From: Stegostoma tigrinum
Taxonomy: Eukaryota
Length of the DNA stretch: 64,000 nt
Direction of reading: 5' to 3'
NCBI RefSeq assembly: GCF_030684315.1
Contig: NC_081357.1
Span: 39,189,786 to 39,253,785 of the forward strand
Positions within the stretch are counted from its first letter, which is position 1. Every line of letters begins with the position of its first letter. A program made the translations under genes and the position numbers. Shown in pieces: positions 24,601 through 37,499 of the stretch. The notes under the pieces were generated by a model, which worked only from the letters and a program-made list of their open reading frames with translations, was not told the origin of the DNA and did not search any database.

Positions 24601-25669
24601 AGCCAAAAGGACTCTTGGTATCTTCCTGCGAGGCCCTTGTGGTAGAAACTACCACTCAAGGATTGGCCTCTTCAGCCAGCAGCAAAGGTGCAACCAAAAG
24701 GTGCATGTATATCATTATTCACAGGTGGAAGGATACCTGAATCACTGAAGTCGTTTGGAACCACTTGAACCAGCACTGACCAGTCTATTGCAACCAAATG
24801 TTGGGTGTTGTATAGGGTAAGCAGCCGATATAATTTTCTTGCTTTGTATGTTCCATCTATGCTTTACACAAATGTAATCGATTCTCCGAAGTTTTACTTT
24901 GTTAGGTATTCCCTCCTTGTCTGCATTCACAATGTCGGAATTTCAACATTGTTGCACTGAGCCCAGCTATAGTACTGTGAGGTTTTATGCCTTCCCATCG
25001 CCAACAATGAAGGGAGAGTAGGGAGCATGGAATAAGGGTAAAAATGGCATTTCATTTTTCTAGTTTCGAAGTTTTATTTTAAGGAGTGGATTTCCTTGAT
25101 CCTGTAATGTATACCATTATGTTGCCCTTGCGCCCTTTCTCAAAGAATTTTGTGTATCTTTTCATTGTGAAAACTGCTTGAGGGTTTGCTATTTTTACTC
25201 CACCTTTTTCCTCCTGTTTATTCAAATTCCACCTGATTGACTAGGCAGTTCCGTGTCAATAGTGTGTGGGGTTTTTATACCATGACGTGGATAATTGTAA
25301 GTCGGTTTGAACCTGAAATCCATTTCATAGACAGGGTGTGATTCATATTGGCCAAGAGGCATGGAATATTTATTAAACTTCTCTCTCAGAAGGTGGAGCC
25401 AGACAAACCCAAGCCATTGGAGATAAAACTCTGACCGTGTTGATTTGTGTGTCTCACCCAGCTGCAGGATGTATTTAGAAACAGCAATAAAGAAGAGTAT
25501 GTCTGGAAGCCCAGCTGAATTAGGGATGGTAAATTGGGAATCCCCGAAGCTCTGGTCAAAACCACCACTGGGAAGTCAGGCAGTGTCAGTGCAGGTAGGG
25601 GATTCCGAATGTGCCTCAAGATTGAGGTGCCATCATAAAAACACGAAAAGTAACTTAAAATACACTGTG

Positions 25670-25875
25670 ATAATGGGAACTGCAGATGCTGGAGAATCCA
25701 AGCTAACAAAGTGTGCAGCTGGATGAACACAGCAGGCCAAGCAGCATCTCAGGAGTGGGATCATCAGACCCTTCATCACCCTCTCAGATGAAGGGTCTAG
25801 GCCCAAAATGTCAGCTTTTGTGCTCCTGAGATGCTGCTTAGCCTGCTGTGTTCATCCAGCTCCACACTTTGTTAT
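25670..25875 (-). mobile_element. Penelope-like family A fold-back mini-insertion
   Basis: Inverted arms with the tail on the left. 16-bp TSD cttaaaataYactgtg (25654-25669, 25876-25891, 1 mismatch). Confidence 0.85.
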
Positions 25876-26652
25876 CTTAAAATATACTGTGGCCACCAAT
25901 GCCAATGTCATCAATGTGCGGGGAGAGCCCCTGTAACAGAGGGTTCTGAGGCTGTGGTGCCTGTGGCACTGCCACTCCGGGAGGAGTCAGGGGAAAATTA
26001 AAGGAGCCCTGAAGGTTCCCCTGTCTGCCATTGGTAGACCTGTAGGGTTTGGTCTTAGTGGGTCACCTGTCCACTGCCAGTACATTTCCTATGGCATTAT
26101 CAGTTTGTCCCTAAGTGGGTTCTTCATTGTTACAGTTTAACTACTTGCCGCTGCCAGGTCCCATTCTAGTCTCAGCAAAATTACCAGGTGGTGGGAACAT
26201 ATGGGGTGGAGGTTGGGAGACTAGGGGTGGAAGAATGTGGTGACAGCAAACTGACATCGACCTGTCTGATTTCTCTCTAGATCCTGTTCCTAACCTCATC
26301 TCACAGCTGCGATAGCTCCACCCAGAATTTCTGTTGCCTGCAGCTGGACACATTGACTTTATTAGCAGTGTAGTCGTCAAAGCAACAAGTCTGCTTTTAA
26401 CTTCTGCAAAATTAGATCGGTACAGGCTACTGAAAGAGGGGAAAGATGCCAGAGAAACAAAGACAATTTTACACATCTTTGGGACCAAGGATTTAAGTAA
26501 GATGCCAAGAAGCAAAATTAATGCTGGGCATTAGTGATTATAGTTATTTTTAACATTATTTATTGAGGAGGAGGTCATTATAATCCTATAAGTCTGTTTT
26601 TGTGTGATGTAGTGCTCTGCCACATATTCTTTCTACTGCTGCTGTTGGGATG

Positions 26653-29060
26653 AGAACATAAACATAAGAACTAGGAGCAGGAGTAGGCCATCTGGCCCCT
26701 CAAGCCTGCCCCACCATTTAATAAGATCATGGCTGATCTTTTTGAGACTCAGGTCCACTTACCCGCCCACTCACCATAACCCTTAATTCCTTTACTATTC
26801 AAAAATTTATCTCACCTTGCCTTAAAAACATTCAGCGAGGTAGCTTCACCTGCTTCACTGGGCAGGGAATTCCACAGGTTCACAACCCTTTGGGTGAACA
26901 AGTCCCCCTGACCTCAGACCTACATCTGCTTCCCTTTATTTTGAGGCGGTGCCCTCTGGTACTAGTTTCATCTGCTAGCGGAAACAACCTCCCTGCCTCC
27001 ACCTTATCTATTCCCTTCATAATCTTATATGTTTCTATAAGATCTCCCTTCATTCTTCTGAATTCCAATGCGTATAAGCCCAGTCTACTCAGTCTGTCCT
27101 CATAATCCAACCCTCTCAACTCTGGAATCAACCAAGTGAATCTCCTCTGCATCCCCTCCAGTGCTAGTATATCTCTTCTCGAGTAAGGAGATCAAAACTG
27201 CGCACAGTACTCCAGTTGTGGCCTCACCAGGACCCTATACAGCTGCAGTATAGCCTCCCAGTTTTTAAACTCATTCCCTCAAGCAATGACCAACAAAATT
27301 CCATTTGCCTTTTTAATTACTTGCTGCACCTGCAGTCCCACCTTCAACTATTCATGCACAAAGACACCCAAATCCCTTTGCACAGCAGCATGCTGCAATT
27401 TTTTACCATTTAAAACATAGTCCATGTTGCTGTTATTCCTACCAAAATGAACGACCGCACACTTATCAACATTGTACTCCATCTGCCAGACCTTTGCCCA
27501 CTCACTTAGACTATCCATATCCCTTTGCAGACTTTCAGTGTCTTCTGCACACTTTGCGCTACCACTCACCTTAGTGTCATCTGCAAGTTTTGACACACCA
27601 CACTTAGCCCCCAACTCCAAATCATCTATGTAAATTGTAAACAATTGCAGTCCCAACACTGATCCCTGAGGCACACCACTAGCCACTGACTGCCAACCAG
27701 AAAAAAACCCATTTACCCCTACACTTTGCTTTCTACTGGTCAACCAATCCTCTATCCATGCCAATACAGTACCTGTAATACTGTGCAACTTTATCTTATG
27801 TAGCAGCCTTTGGTGTGGCACCTTGTCAAATGCCTTCTGGAAATCCAGATACACCACATCCACAGGTTCCCCATTGTCCACCATGCAAGTAACGTCCTCA
27901 AAGAATTCCACCAAATTAGTTAAACATGACCTACCCTTTCTGAACCCATGCTGGGTGTTCCCAATGGGACAATTTATATCAGATGTCTTGCTATTTCTTC
28001 CTTAATGATAGATTCAAGCATTTTCCCCACTACTGAAGTTAAGCTAACTGGCCTATAGTTACCTGCTTTTTGTCTACTTCCTTTTTTAAACAGTGGCGTC
28101 ACATTTGCTGTTTTCCAATCTGCGGGAAACACCCCAGAGTCCAGTGAATTTTGGTAAATAATTACTAGTTCATTTGCAATTTCCCCTATCACCTCTTTTA
28201 GTATCCTGGGATGCATTTCATCAGGGCCAGGAGACTTGTCTACCTTTAGGCCCATTAGCTTGCCCAACACTGCCTCCTTAGTGAGAATGATAGTTTTTTG
28301 GCCCTCACCTGCTATAACCTTCTTGCTATTAGTTTTCGGCATGTTATTTGTGTCTTCCTCTGTGAAGACCGACACGAAATAACTGTTTAATGTCTCAGCT
28401 ATTTCCTCATTCCCAGTTAGTAAATTGGCCTTCTCATCCTCTAAAGGACCAATGTTTACCTTCGCCACTCTTTTACGATTTACACATTTATAGAAACTTT
28501 TGCTGCCTGTTTTTATATTCTAAGCTAGTTTAAGCTCATAATCTATCTTACTTTTCTTTATAAATTTTTTGTGGCTTTCTGTTGGCCTTTAAAGATTTCC
28601 CAGCCTACTAGTTTCCCACTACTCTTTGCTTTTTTGTGTGTGTGTCTTTTCAATCTGATACTTTCCTTTATTTCCTTAGACATCCATGGCTGGCACTCTC
28701 TTTTCCCATGGTTCTTCTTTATCACTGGAATATACTTCTGCTGAGCACTGTGGAAAATTGTTTTGAAAGTCCTCCACTGCTCCTGAATTGACCCACCCAA
28801 AAAAGGGTTTTGCTCCCTTTCAACCTTAGCTCACTCCTGCCTCATTCCTTCATAGTCTCCTTTGTTTAAGCACAGAACAGAGGTACTGGATTTAACCTTC
28901 TCACGCTCCATCTGTATTTTAAATTTGACCATACTGTGATTGCTCCTTCCAAGAGGATCCCTAACTGTAAATCATTAATTATTCCTGTTTCATCACACAG
29001 GACTAGATCTAGGATAGCTTGCTCCCTCGTAGGTTCCATTACATATTGTTCAGGGCAAGG
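26653..29060 (-). mobile_element. 5'-truncated CR1 LINE with frameshifted ORF2
   Basis: Fragments EPTREQAILDLVL, KSPGPD, NYRPVSLTSVVGK, VYLDFQKAFDKVPH, GVPQGSVLG and LADDTK. Tail agaacataaacataagaac at ~26653. Confidence 0.92.
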
Positions 29061-29744
29061 CATTTAATTTTAGGTAACTCTGCAAGTTCTTTCCTACCTA
29101 CAGTGAAGAACACCTCTGCCTTTGAGTGATGGGACAATTTCCTGATACCTATTTCAGTTCAAGAGCATTGATGAAGCTTTGGGCTGTGAGAGAAAGGATT
29201 AAATTAAGTTACTTTGAGAAATGATGAAAATATTGCTACATTTGTTGTTTTAGCATCACCCCCTCTTTTCTGTCTTTGGTTACAATTTGTAACAAATTCT
29301 TTGGTCATGACACATCCCTTCTTCTGATTTCACTACCCTTTGGTATAGTTCTAAATATATTTGCCAGAATCAGCACTGAACAAACAGTGAACTTTGCTAA
29401 AATTATTACTCCAAATAGAACAAGAGCAAACCAACACAAAACTCAGAGAGGTGTGTGCTGCCAGCAGCAAAACAAATTAAACCACCCACTGTCTGCATTA
29501 AACATACCAATATAGGTTATTACTTTTCTCCAGAGACTGTGACACATCATTCAAATCCATTTCATTAACAATAATCACAGACAAGAAGGTTTGGTTACTG
29601 TTCTCGCTGGATTCATTGCTGAAAGCGAAGTAGCACATTCCCTTCATAACTTTAATTGAAACTGGTTTTAACTTGCAAAACAGCAGGCTCCACAAACACA
29701 GGTCCAGAACCAGATTTCTCCAAATAACTATTTGATAGCTGCTT

Positions 29745-29910
29745 ATGTGGGAATTAGTTAACTTAGTTGGCTGGATGATTGCTCTATTTCAAAGTAATGC
29801 TAATAGTGTTCAATTCCTGCACCAGCTGAGGTTACCAGGAAAGAGTTTCCTTCTCAACCTCTTCTCTTGCCTGAGGTTTGGTGACCCTCAGGTTAAACCA
29901 ATATTAGTGT
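29745..29910 (+). mobile_element. Old tRNA-derived SINE-like remnant
   Basis: A-box-like ttagttaacttagttgg and B-box-like gttcaattcc, followed by gtgaccctcaggttaaacca. Confidence 0.4.
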
Positions 29911-29934
29911 CTCTCACTCTCTCTCTCTCTCTCT

Positions 29935-30180
29935 CTCAGAGGAAGAAGGGTCACTGGACACGAAGCATTAACTCTGTTTTGTCTCCTAGATGTTGCCATG
30001 GTGCTGAGTTTTCCAGTAAATTCTGTTTTTATTCGAGAATTTCAGCACCTGTACAATGGGCCAGACACATTAACTCTGCTTTCTCTCCCCAGATGCTGCC
30101 AGATTTGCTGAGTTTTTCCAGCGATTTCTGTTTTTGCTTATATTGCTGACTTGCAGCATCTGCAGTTTTTTTTTGGTTTC
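29935..30180 (+). mobile_element. Two tandem Penelope-like family B terminal repeats
   Basis: cagaggaagaagggtcactggacacgaagcattaactctg..., then a second ttaactctgctttctctccccagatgctgccag... unit. Confidence 0.6.
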
Positions 30181-31079
30181 ATGTGTACAGCCATTTTGGA
30201 GCTCAAAAGGCATACATAGCAATCTGAAAATGGGCTCAGAGATCCTAATGACTTAGCTATTTTGTTTTCTTTTGTACAATGTTAACTAATGAGATACTTG
30301 GCAGCCATTGATTGATGACCCTCTCTAATCGTTTAGAAGCTTCCGTTAATGACAGACTCTGATGCTTGCTGCAAAGCCCAGAAGGAAATTAGTACAGTGT
30401 GATAGGCAGTGGTAGTGTACTAATGAGTTGGTGCACCACCTTGGGAACAGGTATCCTGGCCATAAGCACAAGGCAAGTTCCTATTAGTGTGTTGAGCTAC
30501 ATTGGAGCCAATGTGAACTCTCTGGGCAGTAAAGTTCCTTGCCCCAGATAATAGCTATGTACATTTTGGCATCAAAAATAGTTTTTCCAAGTACCTGTGA
30601 TACCTATTCAATTCTACTTTATTCTCTCCTCCATTTGCCTCCCTGCCTCCATTTACATTATATCTTTCCTAAATTTGTAGCCCACCTGTGAGGGAGATGT
30701 GTAACTTTGAGAATGAAATGAATTTTGATTTTTTTTCATTATTAAAGGAATCCCATTTAATCTGGTTAATGAACAGATGGGGCAGGGCCATTAATGCCAA
30801 GTTCAAGAAAGAGGGCACCAGCTGCAACAGGCAGAGCAGACTCGATGGGCTGAATGGCCTAATTTCTGTTCCTATGTCTTATGGTCTTAATTAGATCAGC
30901 ATATGTTTTTGGCACTTCGTGAAGTGAGTGTTTGATCAGCACAGCACAAATTGTGGATTAGAGTCATATCTGCCAAACACCTAATATCTTATCCAGTCAG
31001 AGAAGTAGCTGGATCAGCAACAAAACTACATGGGATTTTGGAATAGTAACAGTGAGATTAAAAGGAAGAGTGAGAGTGG

Positions 31080-31890
31080 AGTGCGTTCACTGTTTGCTCA
31101 ATGTTGGGGAAACAAAGTGTAGACTGGGTGACCACTTCGCACATAGTTGCATTCCATCCACAAAAAAGACCCTAAGCTTCCAGTTGCCTGCCATTTAAAC
31201 ACGCCAGCATGTTCACTGGCCAACATCTCTGTCTCAGGCTTGCTGCAGTGCTCCAGCGAAGCTCAGTGCAAGCTGGAAGAACAGCACTTTATTTTCCACT
31301 TGGGGACCCTGCAGCCTTCAGGACTCAATACTGAGTTCAATAACTTTAGGGCTTGAACTCTCCCATGTCCTTACCCTAACCCCCATACCAGGCCTTGTTA
31401 TCACATGATCTGCTATTACACATAACCTATTGTTAGCTACTAACAGCCCCCATTAATACCTTTGTGAGTAGGAAAGGTTTGGAGGGATATGCGTCAGGAA
31501 CAGGCAGGGGGGGACTAGTTTAGTTGACGATTGTGTTCAGCACGGACTGATTGGACTGAAGGGTCTGTTTCGGTGTTGTATAATACTATGACGTTATGAT
31601 TTTTTTCACCCTCCTAGCCAGATCATTGTCCACTCTTTTGTCTATCCAACTGATTTTCTCTCTCTTTGGGCTTTATCCCCACTTGTTATTTATTCCTTAC
31701 CCCCACCCTATCTTATGCATATAAACCAACATTTTTCTAGCTACCATCAATTCTGAGGAAGAGTGATTTGACCCAAACTGTTAACTCTGATTTCCCTCCA
31801 CAAATGTTGTGAGACTGCTGAGTTTTTCCAGCAATTTCTTTTCTCTCTCTCTGATTTCCAGCATCTGCGGTTCTTTCATTTTTTTTTTAG
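31080..31890 (+). mobile_element. Penelope-like family B 3' fragment (GIY-YIG) with terminal repeat
   Basis: VGETKCRLGDHF.. and ORF 31147-31356 LPVACHLN..LEEQHFIFHLGTLQPSGLNTEF. Terminal repeat at ~31750-31880. Confidence 0.8.
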
Positions 31891-32039
31891 TGAGAGTGAA
31901 GGATTCCCAGAAGCAGACAGGCCAGAGCAGGCGCTAGGTGGGACTGAGGCATGGCAGTAGGGAGACTAAAAGGAGCAGTGACAGCAGAAAAGTCCCAGAA
32001 AAAGACTGGCATGTGTTGGTGGTGAGACCACAGAGCAGT

Positions 32040-34340
32040 GAGAGCAGAGAGTGCCAGGCCAGTGGGTGAACTATTTGAGAGTCAGCAGCAGCGACAGTGA
32101 AGAAAATATTTTTCTGATCTATACTTAAGCAGGTGTAATTGTTAAATAAAGGCAACAGTCCATCTTCTCTTTAGTTAAGGTATATGCACTGTGAAAAATC
32201 CTGGATGCTCCTAAGCAGGCTGACTGACCCTGTGTTCAGGTGCCTCAGGTTGCAGCCACAAAGACTTGGGAGTCGTGGAGCTATACAGCAACTGAGCGCA
32301 CTCCAGCACATTCATGAGGCTGAGAGGTTTGAGGACAGCACTTTAAAGGATGTTGTCATCCTGCAACTAAAGGAAGAGCAGGCAGAGAGAGATTGGGTGA
32401 CCATCAGACAGAGGAAGAGGATCAAGCAGGTAGTGAGGGAGCTCCCAAGTGCATCTCACTTGGAAACAAGTTTCACCATTGGAAAACAGTGAGAGTTGGG
32501 GTGAGGGGAGAGGGAATCACAATATTGATTAAGAAACTAATTATAACTGTGAGGGGGGATAATATCTTCGAAAAATTACCAAATGAGGCCATATGGGTAC
32601 ATATAAAACACAAAAGGAACAAGTAATACTCAGGGAGAGACAAAGAGATAGAGACAAGAAAAGATGTAATCAAACTTCAGAGAAGTGTAATCTTATTAAG
32701 GCATTAATAAAATTGGTTTTAACCAGCTAAATACAGATTAATTTTTGTAGGGACGAGACAAAATTTGTAAATTACATCAAGAAGAACTTTTTTTTCAGTA
32801 CGTAGAAAGCCTAATTAAGGAAGGAGCAGTTCTGGACCTTATGTTAGGAGGTGAAAAGTTAATCAGCAGGTGAGAACTTTGGAGATAGTGACTGTAACTC
32901 AGTTAGACTTAGGATAATTATGGAAAAGGATAAGAATGAGTTGGGAAAAAAGTTCAAAACAGAGGAAAGGCTAATGTTAATAAGAAAAGATACAATTTGG
33001 TCCAAGAGGGCTGGGAACCAGAAAAGGTTGTGTTTCAGTACTGCTAAGTTCTCTCATGGAAGTTTGTTCATGGACATAAAAGCCCACAGGACTCAATGCA
33101 AAATGACATGTTGAATTCAAAGATACCTAAGAGGGAGGAGGCAGAGAATAATTAATCTTTTGGGGTTTATGATCAATAGGTTTGCAATTAACATGAGAAT
33201 TAGTGTGGTGGTAATAGTGAGGAAGATTTCCATAAACTGTAGAAGGATACCAACATAACAGTCAGGTGAACAGAGCAATGGCAAATGGAAGTCAACTCAG
33301 AAAAGTGTGAGTTAATGCATTTGGGATGGTTAACAAGGCAAGGACTACAGTATGATGGTAGGACCCCACAAAGGGTTTTGGCATGCATATCCACAGATTC
33401 CTAAGGAAGCAGAGCAAGTGGATAGCATAGTTAAGAAAGTCAATGCCAAACTTGCATTTGTTAGCTAAGGATAAAATACAAGAGCAGGGAGGTTATGTGG
33501 CATTGTACAAACTACTAGTTAGGCAACTATTAGAGTAGTGTGTGCAGTTATAGTCATAGAGATATACAACATGGAAACAGATCCATTGGTCCAACCAGTC
33601 CATTCCAACCAGATACCCTGAATAAATCTAGTCCCATTTACCAGCATTTGCCTCATATCCCTCAGAATCCTTCCTATTCATATACCCATCCAGATGCTTT
33701 TTTAAATGTTGTAATTGTACCAGCCTGCATCACTTCTTCTGGCAGCTCATTCCATACATGCACCACCCTAATCCAACCCCTAACCCTAACCTTAACCCTA
33801 AGCCTAACCCTATCACAGTTCTGGTCACTGTGTTTTAGGAAGGATGTAATTGTACCAGAGAGGGTATGGAGGTGATTCACCAGGATATTGCCTGGGTTGG
33901 AGGGTCTGAGCTAGAAGGAACAATTGGATAGGATCAGGTTCTTTTCCTCGGAACAGCAAAGGTTGAGAAGGGACCTGTTCGTGTTGTGTAAGATTTTGAT
34001 GGGGATAGATAGAATGGATAGGAAGACATGTTTTACCATTACAATAGGGGAAATAAGGTGGGTAGGGGTTGTATAGGTTTAAGGAAAGTGTTGGAATGCC
34101 AGAAGAGAGTATAGGAGAAACCATTTTCATGCACTTGGCTGGTGGGAGTCTAAAACTCACTGCCTGGTAGAGTCAGAAAATTTAAGCAGTTTTTAAATAT
34201 TAATTTCCTTTGCTGTGGCCTCTAGGGGTACAGGTCAAGAACTAGTAAATAGGATAAGTTTAATCAAATACTTATTAATCCGTTTGGACGCATGGGGCCA
34301 TTTGGTCTCTGCCTGTGTTGTAAATATGTATAGGTTTTTG
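32040..34340 (+). mobile_element. Highly decayed CR1 LINE with a nested CR1 3' fragment (33550-33765, -)
   Basis: Scattered ORF1, endonuclease and RT-like remnants (EAIWV, WQMEVN, ERVWR). The host gtgtgcagtt|ctggtcactg is split by the insert. Confidence 0.65.
33766..33812. repeat. Interstitial telomere-type repeat (CCCTAA) x ~8, degenerate
   Basis: ccctaa tccaac ccctaa ccctaa ccttaa ccctaa gcctaa cccta. Confidence 0.75.
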
Positions 34341-35549
34341 AGCAAGTCCTTGACCACTGGACCTTTTGAAGATATCATTATAGAAATTCAATGTTATCCA
34401 ATTTTCAGCATGTCTGCTCCATTTTGAATATCAAATGAAGGGATAGAGTCCCAAAACCAGGGATAGGCAAACACTTTCTATATCAAAGTGGTGCTATGAA
34501 GGGGTAGCTGACCTCAATTTTCCATGCTGTGTAATTAAGCAAAAAGAAGTTCACAAAGGCAGAGTTTTGCAACAAGGTCAAAGTAGGCAAATACATGATA
34601 GACAGTCAGAATGAGGTAGACAAAATATGGTCAACTGGGCGTGCCAGTGGAAAAAACTGGAGCAGGATTCCAGGGAGTGATCAACATCTGAGAAGCAAGT
34701 ATAACCTGCAGGCGATGGTCACAGTACAGGTTAATTTCCCATACCCAAAAATGAGGCCTGGGGAGGTAACTGTGCCCACGCATGTGATGGTATAGCCATA
34801 CGGTGACCTTCGACTTCTACTGGAAACCGCAATGAAACTGCAATACTGTCTGAGAACTGCTGTTACCAGTTTCACAGGGTGTGGTTCAAATTGGTTTTCA
34901 GGAAAAATGTTGACAGCAGGATCATTTCATGTTACAACGGCTGATCTATCCGATGACATGTTGGTATACGGCTCTCCTATGCACAGTCCCTCAAATTTCC
35001 AAGATGCTCATGAACAAAATAACATGATACCATTGAAGCTCACTCCGGCCCGATCATACTCCAGGGTAGGATGTTTCAAACTGATCCTCCCATGTTCGGT
35101 TTAAAGTACAGAGAGTCGTAGCTTAATCTGGGAATTTAACTTTATGATCCTTGGAAAGAGAAAAATGAAGATAATCCACTTGTAAAAGGGACAAAAATGA
35201 GAGGGTACAGATTTAACAAGACCTGCAAAAGCAGCAACGGTGATGTGAGGAAAACTTTTTCAGTAAGCCAGTAGATGTGGTTTGAAATGCACTGCCTGGA
35301 AATGCCATGGAGGCAGATTGAACTGGGGCATTCAAGAAGACATTGGATAGTTATTTGGGTAGAAATATTTGTAAGGTTATAGAGACAAAGCAGGACATTA
35401 ACACTAGATAATAATATTAGTTTGAGCAGCCATTGCAGGTCAAATGGTTTTCTTCCGTGCCATACTAATTCCGTGATTTTATGATGATCGTGCCTGCTTG
35501 TTTGTACAGTTATGTCATGTTATTGATAATAGTCAATTGGTCATCAGCA

Positions 35550-35770
35550 ATTTATTTATTCATTCATGGGATGTGAATGCCACTGGCTAGCATGCAGCAT
35601 TTATTGCCCATTCCCAATTTCCCAAAGGGCATTTAAGAGTCAACTACATTGCTTTGGGTCTGGAGTCACATGTAGACCAGAGCGGGTATGGATGGCAGTT
35701 TCCTTCCCCAAAGAATAGCATATATACTTTCTCCAGATCTTATTTATTGTATTCTGCCATATTACCTGGT
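35550..35770 (-). mobile_element. SINE 3' portion (same family as 61465-61823)
   Basis: gggtctggagtcacatgtagaccag and ggcagtttccttccc are the reverse complement of 61668-61720. Confidence 0.65.
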
Positions 35771-35784
35771 TCTCTGGATTATTA

Positions 35785-35932
35785 TAACAAAATGTGGAGC
35801 TGGATGAACACAGCAGACCAAGCAGCATCTCAGGAGCATCTCAGGTGCTCCTGAGATGCTGCTTGGCCTGCTGTGTTCATCCAGCTCCATACTTTGTTAT
35901 CTTGGATTCTCCAGCATCTGCAGTTCCCATTA
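35785..35932 (+). mobile_element. Penelope-like family A fold-back mini-insertion
   Basis: Inverted arms plus tail. 14-bp TSD tctctggattatta (35771-35784, 35933-35946). Confidence 0.85.
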
Positions 35933-36885
35933 TCTCTGGATTATTAGTTAGTCTTAACACCATGAGACCATCACGCCTTGTCAACTTTAGTTTATTTAAA
36001 AAAGTAAAATTCATTGGAAGTATGAATTGGACATTGAAATGAAGTCCTTAAGAAGGGTAATACCTGAAACGGTGACTGATCCTTTCCTCCAGATGCTGCC
36101 TGGCCTGCTGTGTTCTTCCAGCCTCTTGTTTTCTTACCTTGTAACAAAGAAATTGATTTCTTACAGCTTACAAACTCAAAGCGGACGAACTGACAGGCAG
36201 ACTTGCAACATCGTATACCTGCCACACACAGAATCCTTAAGTGTAAACTCTCTTAAAGGCAATGTAAACGTATAATATCCCTTTCCTTTCCAAAAGAAAG
36301 TTTAATTGTTTCCAATAACAAGTCAGCCGAAAATAAAATGTAAACACTTTTCTAATCAACCTGCTCGGGAATATTATCATAAACCTCCAGAGCAGGTTGA
36401 GTTTGAACCTGGGCCTCCTGATTCAGAAGTAGGGACACTATCACTGTACCACAAGAACTCTTGATAAGTGCCTAAAATGTAAAGGTAATTTGCTGATACA
36501 TTCAGATTTTGGGATGGTGACTTCAGAGGAGTTGTCAAGGCTTTTGTTCGCATTTGTCATTCCTGAACATACTTATCATGGTGCAGCGCAGTCAAAATTT
36601 GTTCCAGATCCACTGACCGTTCCTCAAGCTGTAATTGAATGGCTCAAATTTGTTTGAATTTACTGCTCCTTAAGAACTGCCAGCTCATTTTGAAGCTTGT
36701 GGATTTACATCTTGTATTCTTTTAATCGCATCAGCGTTTTATCTTTCTATTGGTCCAGTACTTTTTTTCCTTCATAACTGCCTCTCATTACTATCCCGTC
36801 TCTTCAACTAATTTTTTTTCTTATTGTTTTCTTACAAGCTTGGTCCTCTTCCATTTGCCTCCACTTCAGTAATTGTTTAGCTTCC

Positions 36886-37021
36886 ATTCTGAGGAAGGAT
36901 CACCTGACCCGAAATGTTAACTCAGATTTTTTCTTCACAGATGCTGCCAAACCTGCTGAGTTTTTCCAGCAACTTCCATTTTTGTTCCTGATTTACAGCA
37001 TCCACAGTGCTTTCATGTTTT
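36886..37021 (+). mobile_element. Penelope-like family B solo terminal repeat beginning at the hammerhead
   Basis: ctgagga-aggatcacctgaccc-gaaa-tgtta core. 14-bp TSD attgtttagcttcc (36872-36885, 37022-37035). Confidence 0.8.
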
Positions 37022-37499
37022 ATTGTTTAGCTTCCTCCGTACTCTGCTTGAGCTCTTTCATTAGCGTATCATGACTGACATTTATTTCTGAAAGAACATG
37101 TCTTATGAATGATTTGCGGCTCCTTGTTCTGTGCACTATGTATCGCTACCTGGTTTTGCAGGTCTGTCATTTTATTCAGCATTGCTTTGAGCTCAGTACA
37201 GTTTTGTACCTGCTCCTGCTAAACCTGTTCTCTTTTATGTGCATGTCATTCTTTATGAACTCAGCTGAGGTATGGTCTAAAGACCTCCTCACCCCAGAGA
37301 TGATATTCTCAAGTCCAGAACTAATAATTTAGTCTTTTCCTCTTGAAATCTAACTTTTCTGTCCTCAGTAGATTGCTGAGATTTTTGCTCCACTAATTCT
37401 GAAGAAAGTGAAGTGCCTGTTCTTCATCCATATTTAGCTCTGTAAGTTTTTCTTAAATAACCTGTTGTACTTTCATTTGCGTCTCCAATGTCTGTCAGG

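Noticed and set aside
24720-25330. Possible additional exons on the - strand (also 8600-9180, 26141-26515, 34600-35100)
   Set aside because: Manual translation gave frequent stops and no recognisable protein.
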